Source: the human T2T-CHM13v2.0 reference genome, Homo sapiens
Strand: one strand, 5' to 3'
Assembly: GCF_009914755.1 (NCBI RefSeq)
Contig: NC_060931.1
DNA: 64,000 nucleotides
Shown: piece after piece, positions 15,891 through 31,180 of the stretch
Position numbering within the stretch: the first letter of the stretch is position 1
Layout: the number at the start of each line of letters is the position of its first letter
Program-made: the position numbers and the translations under genes
The notes under the pieces: generated by a model
Databases searched by the model: none
Seen by the model: the letters and a program-made list of their open reading frames with translations, nothing else
What the model was told of the DNA's origin: nothing

Positions 15891-16189
15891 GTTAGTGACT
15901 GTATTTACCTTGAAGCTTTCCAGTCACACTCCCCACTGATAAGTAGCTCCAAGCTGTGGCAAAGTATAAATAGTTAGCATCTGCAGGGCTGCTGTTGATG
16001 AAGCTGGCAGCCCATGAGCCCTGTCACTTGGGACTCCAGGAAATGTCTTGGGTCTGCACTTAGGAGGCCAATTCTTAGGAAATTTTGCAAGAGACAAGTG
16101 GCCTCTTCAAAGACATAGTGAGAAAATTCTCATTCCACACTCCCTTGACACCTAGGAACTTAAGGTGGAATTGAAACCATTGTGAACCT

Positions 16190-16430
16190 GAGAGTCTAGT
16201 TCTAGTTACCAACATGAACTCTGGGGCCCAGGCTATGCCACTAAGTATGACCATGACTTTAGGCAAGTTGCTTAAGCTGTCTGCCCCTGTTTCCTCATCT
16301 ATAAAATCCTTCAAATAGGATTTAATTATATTTTATAAGACCTGTAAGTTTTAAATAATTTAATACAAGTAAAGCCCTTGAAAGAGTTCATGGCAGATAG
16401 AAGAGCCTGATAAATGAGGGTTGTTATAAT
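16190..16430 (+). mobile_element. MIR
   Basis: MIR core TGACTTTAGGCAAGTTGCTTAAGCTGTCTGCCCCTGTTTCCTCATCTATAAAAT. Confidence 0.8.
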
Positions 16431-16699
16431 TACAGTTCTTTTCTTTTTCGTTATGTCCAGTTGACAGGTCTAGTGGACAGAAGACCTCATCGAGTGCTGA
16501 TAGAGCTATAATGTGGGTGCCTGGGAGCGTCAGGCCTCATTTTTACTCCTTCAGACCTGAATGATTGAATCTATTAATAAAGCTAGACCTATCTTACCCT
16601 AGCTCAAGTTCTTTGCCACAATCTTAATAACAACAGCTCAACTAACATCTCCTAAATGTTTAATAGGAGATGTTATGTAATTTTATGGAGATGTTATAT

Positions 16700-16850
16700 A
16701 ATAGGAGAACTTATATAAATGCCAAGCACTTTAGTAAACACTTTTGTATAAATCATAACCTTTACAACAACCTGATAAGGTAGATGCTATGGGTATGCCC
16801 ACTTCACAGGTAAGAAAAAATTATAACTGTTTTAAAGTGATAGCATTGAA
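16700..16850 (-). mobile_element. MIR fragment
   Basis: GCCAAGCACTTT..CTTTACAACAACCTGATAAGGTAGATGCTAT..CCCACTTCACAG. Confidence 0.65.
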
Positions 16851-16914
16851 AATAAAAGGCATTTACTCAATTAAATTGTGTCTGAGTTTCTGTGAAATCA
16901 CCCAAGGAAGTTCT

Positions 16915-17035
16915 ACTCTTTTTCTTTTCTTTCATTTCCCCTTTCCCTTTCTCTCCTCTCCTTTCTCTTCTCCCCCACTCCTCTCCCTTTCCCTCCCCTT
17001 TCCTTTCTTTTTCATTCCATTTCATTCCATACCAC
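16915..17035. repeat. CT-rich low-complexity tract
   Basis: Polypyrimidine tract of TTTC/CTCC/TTCCA units. Confidence 0.85.
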
Positions 17036-17519
17036 TCTATTCATCAGCTGAGAAGAGAACTGACAGTACAGATTGGTGTCACAAGCATATCACAGAATGA
17101 AGAGCTGAATGAAAGTACGTGCATTGGCACACAAGACCTAATTAGCTTGGAAGCATTGGTGTTTACTGAAAGTATGATAGGTTAACACATTTCCTTCCTC
17201 CTTATACTGTTTGCCTCACTTGGGCCTTCATCATACCACTCAACCACAAAAGTCAACTCAGCTTGAGAAGTAGGAAGATTCCTAGAAGTGAATGTGAGCA
17301 AACCATGCAATGCACCCTGTATTTCCTCTTATTCACACCTTACTAGAGATGAATAAACCTGGTCCCCATCCTTCCAGTACACCTCTTTTTTCATTGAAGA
17401 TCATTATTGCTTCATTCCATAGATGTTATATAAGCAGAAATTTATAAAATGTAATTTTTTGTTACATGACTAAGCTTTTGTACACTCTCAAAATGAACTG
17501 CTTTTTGACTTGTTTGTGA

Positions 17520-19450
17520 TATGTTTTTCTTAAACTTTTTACTATAAAATTGTTCAAACACAAATATTTGAAAAAATACTAAAATAGTTACCTGCATCTA
17601 CCTAGGTTTCATACATCTACAAACGTATATATTCACTTTTTTTTTTGCTTTTCCATGTGAAGATAAGTAGACATTGTGAAATTTACACCAAAATATGTCA
17701 ACATAGATCTCCCCAAAGTGATCGTAATTTATTACAAAAACATAGTACCCTTACACACCTATGAAAATCTAGTGTCAGGTTCAATTCAAATTTTCACAGT
17801 TATCACCAAAAGGCTTTTTACTATTTTGCTAAAAAGAAAAACAACAACAATGTCCAATCTAGGTTTATGCATTGCAATTAATTATGTATTTTTAGGTTCT
17901 TTTAATTTACAATTTCCTATAAAATATTTTAAAGTTATCTACAGACAGCTTAACTTTTTTGATGTATAGTTCTGTGACTTTTAACATATGTTGATCCATA
18001 TAATCATCGCTACAGTCAGGACACAGTTTTATCACCTCAAAACATTTCTTCAAAAGTCCCTTTTGAAGTCAATTCCTCCTTTTGTCCATAAACTCTGGTA
18101 CCTATTGATTCTGATAACACTATGACCTGTAGGTGACTGTATCGTACTGTTTGGTTTTTACAGAACATCTTATAAATGGAATCATACAGTATGTAATCTT
18201 TTGAAATTCACTTCTTTCACTTATATAATGCATTTGCGCTTTATTCATGTTTTTGTATGTATCAATAGTTCATTGCTTTTTTATATTCCATTATATAGAT
18301 AGACTGCAATTTGAAATTATTTATTTTAGTTAACATATGATAATTGTACATATTTATGGGGTACATAGTGATGTTTTGATACATACAATGGGTAGTGATG
18401 AGATCAAGGTAATTAGCATATTGTTATCTCAAACATTTATCATTTTTCTGTGTTGGGAACATTCAGTATCCTTTCTTCTAGCTATTTGAAAATATATAGT
18501 GTTATTAACTATAGTCATCCTACAGTGCTATAAAACACTAGAACTTGTTCCTCCTATTTAGCTGAAATTTTGTGTCCTTTAACAAATCTCTTCCTGTCCC
18601 CATTCTCCCTACACTTTCCAGCCTCTAATAACTTCTACTGAGCTTTTTACTTCTATGAGATAAACTTTTTTTAGTTTCCACATACGAGTGAGAACATGTG
18701 GTGTTTAACTTTATGTTCCTGGCTTATTTCAGTTAACATAGAGTTCTAAAGTTCCATCTGTGTTGCCATGAATGAGAGGATTTTACTCTTTTTTATGGCC
18801 CAATAGCATTCCATCCACAATTTTTAAAAATTCATGTATTCATTGAAAAACATTTGGGTTGTTTCCAGTTTCTAGTGATTATGAATAATTCTACTATAAA
18901 CATTTATACATAAGTCTTTGTGTGAACATAACTTTTCATTTCTTCAGGGTAAATACCTAGATGTGGCTTGCTAGGTCATGTGGTAAATGTATGTTTAATT
19001 TTTCAAGCAACTTTCAAACAATTTGCCAAACAATTTTGCCTTTTCACCAGCAATATATGAGAGTTCCAGTTACTCAGTACTTGGCTTCAATTTGCACTTC
19101 CTTCATAACTAATAATGTTGAATATCTTTTCATGTTTTTACTTGCTGTGTGTATGTCTTCTTGGTGAAGTGTCTGTTCAGGTCTTTTGGCTATATTTTAA
19201 TTGGGTTGTTTCAAACTGTCAAGTTTTGAGAGTTCTTGTTCTTCATGTATTCTAGATAAAAGTTCTTTTTCAGATATGTGATTTGTAAATGTTTTCTGTC
19301 TGTTGTTTGTCTTTTTATTCTCCTGCCAGGATATTTCACAGAGCTAAAGTTTTAATGTTTATGAAGTCCAATTTATCAATTATTTATTTTTTGGATTGTG
19401 TTTTAATGGTGTTTAAAAACACTTGGGCTAACCCAAAATTAAAAAGATTT
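17520..19450 (-). mobile_element. Nested old L1 3' fragments (L1ME/L1MC-MD-like) with an L1MA4-6-like insert at ~18315-18815
   Basis: Repeated reverse L1 3'UTR motifs (AAATGGAATCATACAGTATG; GTACATATTTATGGGGTACATAGTGATG; TTTGGGTTGTTTCCAGTTT; GAAGTCCAATTTATCAAT). Confidence 0.8.
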
Positions 19451-19455
19451 TTCTC

Positions 19456-19723
19456 TGCTGGGCACAGTGGCTCAAGCCTATAATCCCAGCACTTTGGGAG
19501 GCCAAGGCAGGAGGATTGCTTGAGACCAGGAGTTTGAGACCAGACTAGGCAGCACAGTGAAACCCCATCTCTACTAAAAATACAAAAATTAGCCAGGCAT
19601 AGTGGCCCATGCCTGTGGTCCCAGCTATTCAGAAGGCTGAGATGGGAGGATTGCTTGAGCTTGGGAGGCGGAGATTGCAGTGAGCCTGGGCGGCAGAGCA
19701 AGACCCTGTCTCAAAAAAAAAAA
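19456..19723 (+). mobile_element. AluJ (Jb-like) with ~25-bp internal deletion in the right arm
   Basis: GGAGGATTGCTTGAG (J-type); GTGAGCC joined directly to TGGGCGGCAGAG; A tail. Confidence 0.93.
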
Positions 19724-19829
19724 GTTTTGCTTTTTTCATTCTTATTTAACCTCTTGATAGTTTTAAATGGCATCATTTGACTTTCTCTTTTAACTATACA
19801 ACAATTTATTATATTCTTCATTAGCCTAT

Positions 19830-20182
<353 letters not shown>

Positions 20183-20199
20183 TATTTATATTTTTTCTA

Positions 20200-23100
20200 C
20201 ATATTTTATAGATGCATTCTTTCTACTTTGTCAGAACTTATGATTTTATATGCTATTTTTTTAACCTATACTCTCAATTTTGTTTTATTCATAGATTTCT
20301 AGTTAAACATATTAAATGTTCACTACCAGTATGTTTTCTTGTTACTACTATTAATATTATTTCTTGGTTGCATGAAGATCATCCTCTAGAAGACTTCTTG
20401 TCAAAGGTTTATAGGTTCATTATTTCCTAAGTTTCTGTACTTTTAAGACTATTTTGTTATAGTCTTGATATTTCAATTTCAGCTTAGATATAAAATCTCT
20501 GGGTTTTGCTTTCTTTAAGTATCGGGGGAAATTCAGTGCCTGATATTTCACATAGTTTCTTTTCTATTTTCCGTAAGTGTCAGCGGGTCTGAGAAATAAT
20601 GGTAAAGAGTACAGAAGAGAGAAATTTTAAAGCTGAGTATCCGGGGAAGACATCGCATGTTGGCAGGTTCCATGATGCCCCTTGAGCCTTAAAACCAGCA
20701 AGTTTTTATTAGTGATTTTCAAAAGGGGAAGGAGTGTATGAATAGGGTGTGGGTCACAGAGATCACATGCTTCACAAGGTAGTAAAATATCACAAGGCAA
20801 ATGGAGGCAGGGCGAGATCACAGGACTACAGGACCGGGGCAAAATTAAAATTGCTAATGAAGTTTTGGGCACGCACTGTCACTGATAACACCTTATCAGG
20901 AGACAGGGTTTGAGAGCAGACAACCGGTCTGACCAAAATTTATTAGGAAGGAATTTCCTTGTCCTAATAAGCCTGGGAACACTACAGGAGACCGGGGCTT
21001 ATTTCATCCCTTATCTACGACTGTAAAAGACAGCCGTCCCCAAAGTGGCCATTTCAGAGGCCTCACCTTAGGGACGCATTCTCTTTCTCAGGGATGTTTC
21101 TTGCTGAGAAAAAGAATTCAGCGATATTTCTCCCATTTGCTTTTGAAAGAAGGCAAATATGGCTCTGTTCCACCCAGCCCACAGGCAGGCATACTTTAAG
21201 GTTATCTCCCTTGTTCCCTGAACATTTTTGTTATCCTATTCTTAAGGTGCCCAGATTTGATATTGTTCAAACACTCATGCTCTACAAACAATTTGTGCAG
21301 TTAACACAATCATCACAGATACCTGAGGTGACATACATCCTCCTCAGCTCACGAAGATGACAGGATTAAGAGATTAAAGTAAAGACAGGCATAGGAAATC
21401 ACAAGAGTATTGATTGGGGAAGTGATAAATGTCCATGAAATCTTCACAATTTATGTTCAGAGATTGCAGTAAAGACAGGCATAAGAAATTATAAAAGTAC
21501 TAATTTGGGGAACTAATAAATATCCATGAAATCTTCACAATTTATGTTCTTCCGCCGTGGCTTCAGCTGGTCCCTCTGTTCAGGGTCCCTGACTTCCCAC
21601 AACATTTAAGTTTCTTGAAAATGTCACTCTATTGTTGGCTTTCTTTGTAAGTTGCTCTTGAGAATTATGGTTGGCTTGTCTTACTCTTATACCTAATTTG
21701 CTCTTTTTTGTCTGGAGGGCCTGCATGTGGATTTTTGTTCTTTCTGTTTTAAAAAGTCTGATATTTTGCAAGGCTATTTCTCAAGTTCAATTATCCTCAG
21801 TAAAATTTTCCAGGTACGCAGGAAGCCCTTTCAATGTATAGATTTAGATTTTCTTGGATTATTGGTTTAAATATTAGCTCTGTTTCATTGTCTTGTTTTT
21901 CTTCTTCAGGGATTCTAAGTGTACATATATTGAATATTTGTCTACCTTAGATTCCAACCTCCTTCTCTCTGACTTTTAAAAGTTCTTTATGTTATTTTCA
22001 TTTTCTTGGCTTCTTTCTCGCATTTATTCCTTAGTAATGTGTCACTTAAATCTATTTTCCTTTGGATACCTTATAATTTATTCTTCATTTTAGGGATATT
22101 TTATCTGTGTAATTTCTTTCCTGAGATCTATCAACTCATTGCATTTCTTTCTTTATTTGTATACTTCTGTGCTTACTTTTTGCATTTTTTATTAGAAATT
22201 ATATATGTATATCTAAATGCTTATTTGAAGATATTTAATTAAGACTTGAGGTTATATTATAGTTTCTTCTGCTTTGTGGTTGTTTGTGGTGGAAATTTTT
22301 TATGATATGTAATATCTTTTTTTTTACAATAGCATTGTATAGGGTTAATTTGTTTTGCTTCTATTCTTATGCATTTTCTTGATGGGCTTTTTAGGTTGAG
22401 CATATTCTCTTCAGTGAGTGTAATAAAGTTAAATATCACTAATAGATGATTTTGTTGGTGATGAGTGGTGGTAGATAGGAAATAAGAAGGGTCTACATGT
22501 ACTGTGATAGTTTTTATTTCTGCATGCTCCTTAATTTTTCCTGCTTGCTTCCTGCTTTCACTTCACTGACAGTCTATGACGGGCATTTCCTCTTCTCTAT
22601 TTTTTTCCCTTTCCCCCAGAAGCAATGCTTCAATGTTGCCAATTTCCAACTCGCTCAGTTGTAAACCCCTTCCCTGTAGCTGTCGCTGTGAACTTTCCAG
22701 TTCCAGACCTGTGTTCAGTATTTTGGTATTTAGCTTTGGACTTTTCTCTTTCTAAGGGTAATTTTGTCTTTGCTTTATTTAAAAGTCCCCTGATATTTTT
22801 TTTCTTTTACACGAAGTGTTTAAAGGCTTTCTACCCTACCTTTCCCAATCAGTGAAAATCTGCTGGAATTGTTTGTGTCTTTATATGAAGGGAAATTGAA
22901 GTTCATAGTATTCTTGGTCTCTTAGTAATGCTGAAAATGTGGGTCAAGTTTCATTTGATTTGAGCTCCTTTTTCTTTTCTTCCCTGTTCCTCCCCTTCTC
23001 CTCCTCCTTCTTGGAAATTATGTGGAGAGATTTAGATTCAGGTATCCACTTCTATGGCCAATTGGATTGCCTACTTTCACATTTAATTTACACTTTGTCT

Positions 23101-23850
23101 GGATTATTAGTAGTTGGAAATCATTTTTCTTTTATTGTCTTTAACATCTAGAGCTGATATTGAAAAGTTAAAAGCCATTCTCATTGTTGGTCTTTTGTAT
23201 GTGACACACTTCTGTTCTCTGAAACTTTTAGTATTTCCCCTTTTCCCAAAGTGGTTGCATTTTCCAGGTAGATGTTCTGCTGTGAGTTCCTTTTTCTCCA
23301 TTGTTCAGGTTACTAGCTGGAGCATCTTGATCTGAAAACATGGGTCCTTCAATTCTGGAATAATTTTTAGAATTATTTCATTGATAATTTTGTCTGCTTA
23401 TTTGTATACCCTCCTCACTGAATCCTTATTATTCACCTGTTAGACATCATAAATAAGTTCTTTAGGTTTATTTTTCTCTTCTTTGGCCTCCTTTTCTTCT
23501 CTCTCTCTCTCTCTGTACCTCTCTGTCTTTCTCTCTCTCTATTCTCTCACTTCCTTCCTCTCTCCTTCCACTTTCTAATGTTTTCTTTAAAGTTTTCTAT
23601 TTTTACCATCATATTTTAAATTTTAAGAGATAATTTGGATTTTTGCTTCTATTGTTATTTTAAAATAAAATTTTATTCTTGTTTGTAGATATATCTTCCT
23701 TCATTTTTCTGAATAATAACGAATTTTGTAAAATTTTTACCCTCTGCGTTGTCATAATGACCTCCATTTTGGGTTGCTTTCATGTTAGAGTTTTGCCTAA
23801 AGTTTAGTAATCTTTGGTTTGGCTGTTTATGTTAACAAGTGTATCATTAA
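20200..23850 (-). mobile_element. Old L1M/HAL1-like ORF1-region remnants (host of the MER11 insertion)
   Basis: ORF 23107..23301 (SFREQKCVTYKRPTMRMAFNFS) resembles the L1 ORF1 motif; T-rich plus strand; boundaries approximate. Confidence 0.55.
20520..21604 (-). mobile_element. MER11 solo LTR (HERV-K11/HML-8)
   Basis: Minus strand begins TGTTGTGGGAAGTCAGGGACCC and ends CCCCCGATA; internal ~90-bp duplication (21379-21549) as in the recalled consensus; perfect 6-bp TSD TTTAAG at 20514-20519 and 21605-21610. Confidence 0.93.
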
Positions 23851-24050
23851 GGAGCTGATTGCAAGCTGTAGGCAATTTCATGAGTCTTGTTGAATGTAGG
23901 CTTCTCAGTAGGAGGGTATAATTTGGTTATTTTTGTTGAGGAAACACCTGATATTATAATCATTAAGGTTTTTTGGGGGGATAGTTGGATTCCTGAGAGA
24001 AAAATTTTCCAATGCCCCCACTGTACAGACAAAAAATGAATAATCGAAAC

Positions 24051-24593
<543 letters not shown>

Positions 24594-24764
24594 ATCTACA
24601 CAAATACACTCACAACATTGACAAATTTCACAAATATAATATTGATTTAAAGACACAAGATAGAATGGAACTCATATGATGTGGTTCCATTTTTATGAAG
24701 TTCAAAATGGTGTAAATGTGTCAGTTGTGACTGCATTCATAAGTGGTAAAATTATTTAAAAGTT

Positions 24765-25236
24765 TTCATTTAGGGTTTCCTGAAAGCAGAACAAGAGTCA
24801 AAGGCTTATGGCAAATTGTTTATGTAAGAAGAGATCTTAGGAAGCAGGGAGACTGAGAAAAAAAAAGGCAGACCAATATAAGTGTGTATTTTCCAGGCCA
24901 CTGATAAAGACAACAGGTTGTATTACACCAGGATCTCTGAGGGCTGGACAGATGCCTTCCAGAATTAGGTCTGATGAATAGGAGGTTGGGGAATTTATCC
25001 ATCAGCTCCTATTTACCATTGTGAGGGGGTTGTACTCTGGGGTGATAACTCCCCTTCCTATATGTGGTGGTCTTGGAAATTTCTTGGAACAGAAAAGCTG
25101 AGATTGCAAGCCAAGCACTTCAGGTGCAGCATTGTCAGCATTAACTGAGCTTACAGGTAACTGTCCAACAGAGCTGTGATTGCAATTAGAGGCGGACTGA
25201 GGAATTGTGACGCACAGCCCAAAAGTGTCTGCCACA
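24765..25236 (-). mobile_element. ERVL LTR (LTR33/LTR16-like)
   Basis: GGGTTTCCTGAAAGCAGA..GATCTTAGGAAGCAGG and terminal GTCTGCCACA. Confidence 0.55.
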
Positions 25237-25779
25237 AAAGGCAAGATTATGACTAATAGCAGACTCAGCATTGCTGGTTATCCCTAGCAAGGAGGGAAAA
25301 ATTGTAATGGAAAAGGTGTAAACTATGGGCATGGAGGTGTTTTGGAGTGCTGTAATACCTCTTGATTTTGAATTAAGCAAATATTGCATTGTAACTTTTT
25401 AATTGGATTTATAACAATTGGGTTATTATGATGGAACCCTTAATAATAAAAGAGGGAACTAGATTAATGGTAACAGCTCTGAAGTCCAAGTATTTAGCCT
25501 CATTTCTATATTCAAATTATGTATGATGTGGATGGGGCATTCGTGATTTTATTCAACGAGACATTAAAAAATAATACAAGAAGATAAACTCACAGTTCTG
25601 CTGAGTACTGAGAAAAAGAAAGATAACATGGAATACACTTAAGAGACTATATAGTTTTGGTGTTTGGTAATAATGGTCTGAATTAGTGTGGTGGCAGTGT
25701 GAATGCAAAGGAAATATTGATATAAAAGCTCTTCAGATCAGTTTGACTTGATGAAGAAATCAGCAGATATATTACTGAA

Positions 25780-26010
25780 ACTTAAAACTATCATTTTTCT
25801 CAACCACAGAGAATTGACTATGCAATTTTCTATGTGTGCCACAGTATTCCATATCTTAGACACACTTTGATTATAGCTCTTATCTCACTGAGTTTGGAAC
25901 ACGTGTATACCAGTCTACCTCTCTATTTCAAAGCCAACATTGAGAGGAGAAATTATGAGTTTCTTAAATATATTAGTTGCATAATAATGTTCATTGAATG
26001 AATGAATGAT
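25780..26010 (+). mobile_element. L2 3' fragment
   Basis: Ends in AATGTTCATTGAATGAATGAATGA, an L2-type tail. Confidence 0.5.
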
Positions 26011-28779
26011 TTAGTGCAATGGCTTAAATGAGACTGAAACCCAAGCTGGGTATTAACTTCATCAATGAGACCCTTTGCTAGTGCTAATATTGAGCTGTAG
26101 AGGGAATAGGGGAATAGACAGAATGGTGATAACAGATGAGATTTTTTTTTTTAATTGCCTCTTCTGCAAAATAGCAAAGGTGTGCTTTTCTTTTACTCAG
26201 TGGATCAGGCAGCTGTAAAGATAAGACCAATCTTCTTAGTTGGCATTTTGGGTTTTACATGGTTGGACAAGAAGAACAGACTCCTTAACTTTTATTTTCT
26301 GCCATGAAATTGGGCTTGCATGTGAATTTGTCGTCTCTTACTTGCTACTTTAATCCAACCCTTCCTATAGGGGGAGCTAAGGGATTTCAGTACATTAGAT
26401 GTAATAAGTTCACTGTTGGCTGAATACAGCATCACTACTTTTATATTAAAAATATCATAACACTATCAGTAATGTTTGTTGAACAGATGTAAATGACTGG
26501 GATTTTTTTGTCACCTACCATGAGTGATTTAGTATGTCGAGAAGTACCCACAGGGTAGGATGAGTGAGAATGGATATTAGGACCCCGTGTCAGTCAGATA
26601 AGCTGCTACTCCTGGGAGCACAGTTTCTGAGAAGTTACCCAAGCTCAATGTCTCGAAACTAAAAAAAGGGAAAAAATACTTCTCAAAATCTATGCCAAGG
26701 AAAATTATTTCATAATCTGTATTTTGGTATTGTCATAGTGAATGGGGTAAGCAAATAACAATACAGACAGCATGTGCTTTGTTCTAACATTGCCAAAATT
26801 AGATCAGAGTCTGGGATAAGATCACTAGCAACAGACATTGATTTTTCACATGGTACCTCTTTGGTTGCTAAAAATGGTGCATAAAACTGTTTTACTCTAA
26901 TCAACATGGTCTACATCCTCTTCCTTTTCCCTGCCTCACTCTCTTAATGACACCTTGGCCATTTGAAAACAGTAGGATAGTCAGCAGCAATTGTTAATAG
27001 TGAACAAGATCATAGGGACTACCTCTCTGTGATAACAATTCCATCTTAACTTTCAGGAGCTTCTGCTTTTTTTTAGTATCATGAATGTCTGATTCCAAAG
27101 AAGCTCCTGCTTATGGCCCATAAACCTCTGCCATAAAGTCAGAAATGCTGTGCTCACTTCACAATAGGCAAAAACTACAGTTTAACAAGCTAGTTGTTCA
27201 CCTCTCCCCATCATACTTACATGATGCTTTTACCTTCTTTGTTTGTGTACTCCCTAAGAATGTCGTATCTGGGCTTTAAACACCTTAAATGACTCAAACT
27301 GTTGTGAAAACATTTAAAACTATTTGAAAACAGCAGGTTAGTTAGAAAAAGGCAATGGAATGTAAGAATAGAAAGGGAGGGGATACAACTTGGAAAAATA
27401 TACTTGTCACACCAGTCTTGTTTACACTAAAGACTCAACAGTGTTTTAATAGATGAAACATAAAGGAACTTAAATTGTATCTATTAAATACACTTTATTA
27501 AAGTGAACAAACTATCCTACAAAGAGCAATTGCTAAATTTTTGGATAACTTCATTCTTCATCATAGAAGTGATATTAAAACTTTAGTGATATAATTTTAC
27601 GAATTTAATTGCTTGTGATTTATCTCATTTTATGTTGAACTTTTTTCATAGAATTTTCTTCTGCTTTCTTTAAAATTTCTTCTTGGCCAAAAGAATCATC
27701 AGTAAAATTGAGAATGGAGAAAAATGAATTGCACCTTTCATTGTGGTTTGCTTTTACAAGCAATAAAAGCCACTGTTTTTTCCTCCTTTAAATAAGGAAA
27801 ATGAATTTGGCTTGATGGGAAAGATTTGTGGGTCGGGGAGAGTAAGGGAGAGGGAAGAAGGAACAATTTTTATTTTGTTTTTGGGGATGGAAACAAGGCA
27901 GATGCATTAGTATCATCAGTGATACGGTTTCCTGTGCTTTGCTTACTGACATAGTGACTTCCTGTGATTGCCTTAAGGGCTGTGGAATGGAGCTGCTGGT
28001 GTACTCCCTGACCCTCTGCTCTACCCACATGCCCAGGAAGGGCAAGGTGACTGACATTTCTCCTCTATAGAAACTTGCTGTCTGTACCCCCAATTTCTTC
28101 TCCTCTGCCCTTTAGTCCCCTGCTTCAAGGGAATGGCAAAAGATTGCTTTGAAGGTTAATTAGGATTTCACTTTGTGTACAAGAATGGAAAGGGGAAGGA
28201 TATATAGAACAGGGGAGAACAAGATGTTTGCATACAAAAGCCACTGGTAAATCAGGTTTGGTAGAATGGAGTTTGCACAGAGAATAAAGAATGGATTGCA
28301 ATTTTCAACTGAGATCATAGAAAATATTTTTTAAAGTGTAACTATTTTTAGGAGGTGTTAGTGTCAATCTCTCAGGAACCATTTTTATATATAACATATG
28401 TGTAATTACTTCATATAGTGTGAAAGCTTTATACAAATCTCATTAATATGAGATATTATGGTATTAGCAAGATTGTATGAGATCATGGAGATAGGGTAGA
28501 ATATTTAAATGTTTCTCTTGATCTGCATACTTCACACTGTTTATAAACTAAGAAGTAAGATTAATTTAACATTTTAAATTCCCTGTTTAGATTTCTATGT
28601 TGTCATACATTTTAGTGTCTATAAAAATAATAGCAATCCTGGTTATTTTCCATTAGTCAACCATAGTGCATGTTAAAAATCTGGAGTTATTTTTTGTTGC
28701 CTACCCATCTTTTCCAGCTGATCTTCTTCTTAAATCTAAAATATTCTATAGCTATTTCTTCTTCTCTGTATATTTTTAG

Positions 28780-29115
<336 letters not shown>

Positions 29116-29259
29116 CACACCTAAACTACTACAATAGTTCTTCAGTTTCTCTATCTTCAGCATTTTGTACTCAAATCCATATTTCTCAAAACAACTTAAA
29201 AATCTCAACACCCTTTTCATCATTCAAACTAAGTATATGCAGAGACTTGACTTACAGCT

Positions 29260-29436
29260 GAAGCAATAAGGCAGGAAATAGGAGGTACAACTTTTCAAAA
29301 GAATAAAGTAACATTATCTTTAAATGAAGATAATATGATTGTGCACTAAAAAATCAACTGAAGAGTTATTAGCATTAGTAGAAATTTGTTAAAGTGGCCA
29401 GATACTAACTAAATTTGTAAAAACCCATGATTTCCT
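29260..29436 (+). mobile_element. Old L1M ORF2 (RT) fragment
   Basis: GCAATAAGGCAGGAAA..TTATCTTTAAATGAAGATAATATGATTGTG, a degenerate [10 protein letters not shown] region. Confidence 0.65.
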
Positions 29437-31180
29437 TGCCCTTCAGGCTCAGGGACAGATCTACTTGTGCTTATGCACTCAATGAAAATGGTTTCATTGC
29501 CTTCTGAATCTCACCAACTCCGTCATGAGACCCAGGCCAAGAGGTTGGGCAGACACCTTGACGTATCTGATCACTGTTCTTCTTCTTTTTTTAGCTAAGC
29601 ATATTTTCCTCAAATATAACCTGGTCTGCAGAGGTGCAGCTCTGACTTCAACATCACCATTAATAACTTCATCACCAAGCAATTTTACCTTCTTGGAGCT
29701 GAAATGTCAAGCATCACCACTTGTGTGGAGGGACTTTGTAGAGCTAAAAAGCCTACTGGAGTTGTTTCAGAACAACAAAAAAACCACCCCCCAACAATTG
29801 TTGAAGAGTATTTCATTTGTGTAATAAAAGAGCTGAAAAAAATATTCCAATTGAGCATTCTCTGGACACCCACAGTCCCTTGGCCCTGAAGAAACAGTTG
29901 ACCTTACTCTGGGATGGGGCATTAACAAAAGACAAAAATTAAGTCCTGAGAATCAGAACTAAGAGTCAGAAATACGCAAGTGGTTGACATCTTTGTGTCT
30001 CAGCTTTCTGACCTGTATCCTAAACATGATGTGTGTGAGACTCTTCATTTGCTGTCTATGAATGTATAAATGTTATAATGTAAGAATGAAAGAGAGTTGT
30101 GAACTCCCTTGATTCTGCCTCTCTTGTTTGTTCTTTGAAGCCCAAGTGCCCACAGATACTCAAACTTACTTTCTTAGGATGCTTTGAAGATATGTGAGGA
30201 ATCTCAGCATCATACCATGCAGGATGGGGTTTTCTTCCTTCTTCCCTCTTGCTGGCTTTCTGGAGATAAGTGTTTTACCCACTCCTTTCCTGAGACCTTG
30301 TCTCCTAGTAATTAAAAAAAAAGGGTCTGGTAAAATGGAGAAGCTATGAAGTGACTGTGCGTCATAATTCACTGGAATTATGCTAGTGATAAGGTGGTCA
30401 GACTTATCAAGACATCAATTGTTGGCATTGTTGCTGTGTCTTTCCGAGGCCAGATCAGCAAAGGTTGTTCCCTTCGATGCTTTTCTCCTACTTGAGGAGT
30501 AAAGGACATCAAGTGTTAAGGGGAAAGTGGGTGGATGATTCACTATGAACTTGAGCCAGTGGCTGAAAGAGGTTAGATTATAGAGGAGGGTGGCAGAGGA
30601 TGGGAGAGCAGGGAGGAAGGATTTTCTGCAGCTCATCTGAGGTGGGGACTGATAGGCATTGCTGAGAGCAGAACAATATGTTTATGCTGGTGTTCTTGTT
30701 ATGTTAGAACAAGTTCTTCCTTTTGGTAACAGATTACACTTTTCTAGTTTTCCACTAATAAGGGCCTAATTAAGAGGATTTATTTGCAATTTGGGCTACT
30801 GGTCCTGATTTCTTCCCTTTGCCTCACTCCACTCATGTCCTTTACATCAGCAAAATGGGTGTCCTTTATTTCTGTATGCCTGGCAGGGAGGAGGAGATAG
30901 TTTCTCTATCTTGGGTCAGTTGATTCTTCTATACTCAGCTATCTCACAAGGAGGGGTGTGCATCCTGGGGAAGCATCGTCCATGTATGCAACACCTTTGG
31001 CGTGAAAATTCTTGAAGGAGCACAATCAATTCTGAGGCTGCCCACAAGACCTGACTAGAGTGGGGACAAAGTAGTCTAGTTGCCTTAAACCCATTCAGGT
31101 TCAATGACTGAAAGAGATGGAAAGAGTTTAAGGGACAGGCAATTATTCACAGTTATTTCAACTGGTTTCTTACAGCTATC

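Noticed and set aside
21379-21549. ~90-bp tandem duplication as a novel repeat
   Set aside because: Intrinsic feature of the MER11 LTR consensus as I recall it
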